A stretch of DNA of 17,353 nt from Candidatus Zixiibacteriota bacterium (GTDB taxonomy: Bacteria; Zixibacteria; MSB-5A5; CAIYYT01), in assembly GCA_040235515.1 (NCBI GenBank), contig JBECKX010000040.1, positions 1-17,353 of the forward strand. Direction: 5' to 3'. Under the pieces are notes generated by a model. That model did not search any database. It was not told the DNA's origin and saw only the letters and a list, made by a program, of their open reading frames with translations. The translations under genes and the position numbers were made by a program. Shown piece after piece: positions 16,371-17,353 of the stretch. Every line of letters begins with the position of its first letter. Position 1 is the stretch's first letter.

Positions 16371-17353
16371 ATGGGATTGGTTGTTGAACGGATAAACAAT
16401 CTTGAACAACTCAAGGGGGTTGAGGAGGATTGGCGCCGACTGACTTCTAAGGATGAGGATTTTTTCCTCTCGTGGGAGTGGGTCAGTACGTTCCTCGAGA
16501 ATCCGCCGGAGAATGGTCGATTCACCGCGCTGGTCGTTCGCGATGGGGAGGATGTGGTAGGGATCGCGCCGTTCTGGTTCAGCAGCCGCACTGCCGCCCG
16601 GGTGTTCCCTGTGCGAGTCTTGACGATTATCGGTTCGCGCGTGGTCGGAGCGGATCACCTCGATTTTCTTACCGTCGCAGGACGCGGGAGCGCGGTCGCG
16701 CATACCGTCTGGAACTACCTTTACAGCGAGATGAAACGCGAGTGGGATGTGTTCGAATTCAGGAACACGATTCCGACCTCGGATGTCCTCAAGGAATTTC
16801 TCGATCTGTCAGCCTACGACAAGCGCTGCACCTTTGTCGAGTTCCAGCGCTTCACGATCTGTCCTTACATCAAGTTACCGGAGGGTGAGGAAGAGTGTCT
16901 GCGACTGCTTTCATCGGGACGCCGCAAGGAGCTGAGGCGGAGTATCAGGCGGATTGAGGATGTGGGAGAGATCCGGTTTGCGGTTTGCGAGGATGTCTCG
17001 CAACTCGACTGTTTCTTCGACAAGTATATAGAATTGCATCAGAAATCATGGACCGAACGCGGCGAATCGGGGGCGTTTGCACGGGAGCGGTTTACACGCT
17101 TTCACCGGGCGCTGGCCAAGAACCTGATTCCGCAGGGGAAGTTTTATCTCTGCAATCTCTATGCGGGAGAAAACCATGTCGCCTCGCTGCATGGGTTCGT
17201 TCACCAGAATTCGTTCTACTTCTACCAGAGTGCAGCCGATCGTGATCTGGTGCACGGGATCAACGTTGGCAGGATCATTCTCGCCGAGACGATCAAGTGG
17301 TGTGCGGCGCGTGGGTTGAAAGAGTTTGATATGCTTAAAGGGGATGAGGCCTA
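16371..17353 (+). CDS. CelD/BcsL-like GNAT protein, 3' end outside the window
   Basis: Not in the ORF track because it has no stop in the window. Manual translation from ATG 16371 (AGAGGA upstream): MGLVVERINNLEQLKGVEEDWRRL...FFLSWEW...VRDGEDVVGIAPF...GADHLDFL...CPYIKLP...GRRKELRRSIRRI...LHQKSW...FYFYQS...EFDMLKGDEA. Confidence 0.9.
   Translation, partial: MGLVVERINNLEQLKGVEEDWRRLTSKDEDFFLSWEWVSTFLENPPENGRFTALVVRDGEDVVGIAPFWFSSRTAARVFPVRVLTIIGSRVVGADHLDFLTVAGRGSAVAHTVWNYLYSEMKREWDVFEFRNTIPTSDVLKEFLDLSAYDKRCTFVEFQRFTICPYIKLPEGEEECLRLLSSGRRKELRRSIRRIEDVGEIRFAVCEDVSQLDCFFDKYIELHQKSWTERGESGAFARERFTRFHRALAKNLIPQGKFYLCNLYAGENHVASLHGFVHQNSFYFYQSAADRDLVHGINVGRIILAETIKWCAARGLKEFDMLKGDEA

Noticed and set aside
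1..17353. RiPP or NRPS-independent peptide cluster interpretation (ATP-grasp + JmjC + GNAT)
   Set aside because: No precursor peptide with repeated cores, peptidase or transporter is present. The ATP-grasp motifs are D-aspartate-ligase-like rather than RimK/graspetide-like, and the context is glycosyltransferases.
1..17353. CRISPR arrays, tRNA/rRNA, IS elements, prophage or defence genes, pseudogenes
   Set aside because: I saw no regularly spaced repeats, RNA-gene signatures, transposase or integrase motifs, or broken reading frames.

Overview
The window is almost entirely a bacterial surface/extracellular polysaccharide locus, open at both ends, with 16 supportable CDS in six alternately oriented blocks. 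It has a conventional core of two GT2 and two GT4 glycosyltransferases and an O-antigen ligase/Wzy_C-like membrane protein. Around this is a dense set of putative tailoring enzymes: two CE4/NodB polysaccharide deacetylases, four double-length GNAT proteins (one FemAB-like, three CelD/BcsL-like), a D-aspartate-ligase-like ATP-grasp enzyme, a JmjC/cupin-type 2OG-Fe(II) oxygenase candidate, a ThDP-dependent enzyme, and two small Cys-rich proteins of unknown function. The best hypothesis, which is inference only, is a pathway that de-N-acetylates a glycan and then decorates it with amino-acyl or peptidyl groups. An exact TTCGGCAG motif recurs in all three divergent intergenic regions. I saw no RNA genes, mobile elements or CRISPR arrays. 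All family assignments come from motif recognition by eye; no searches were run.
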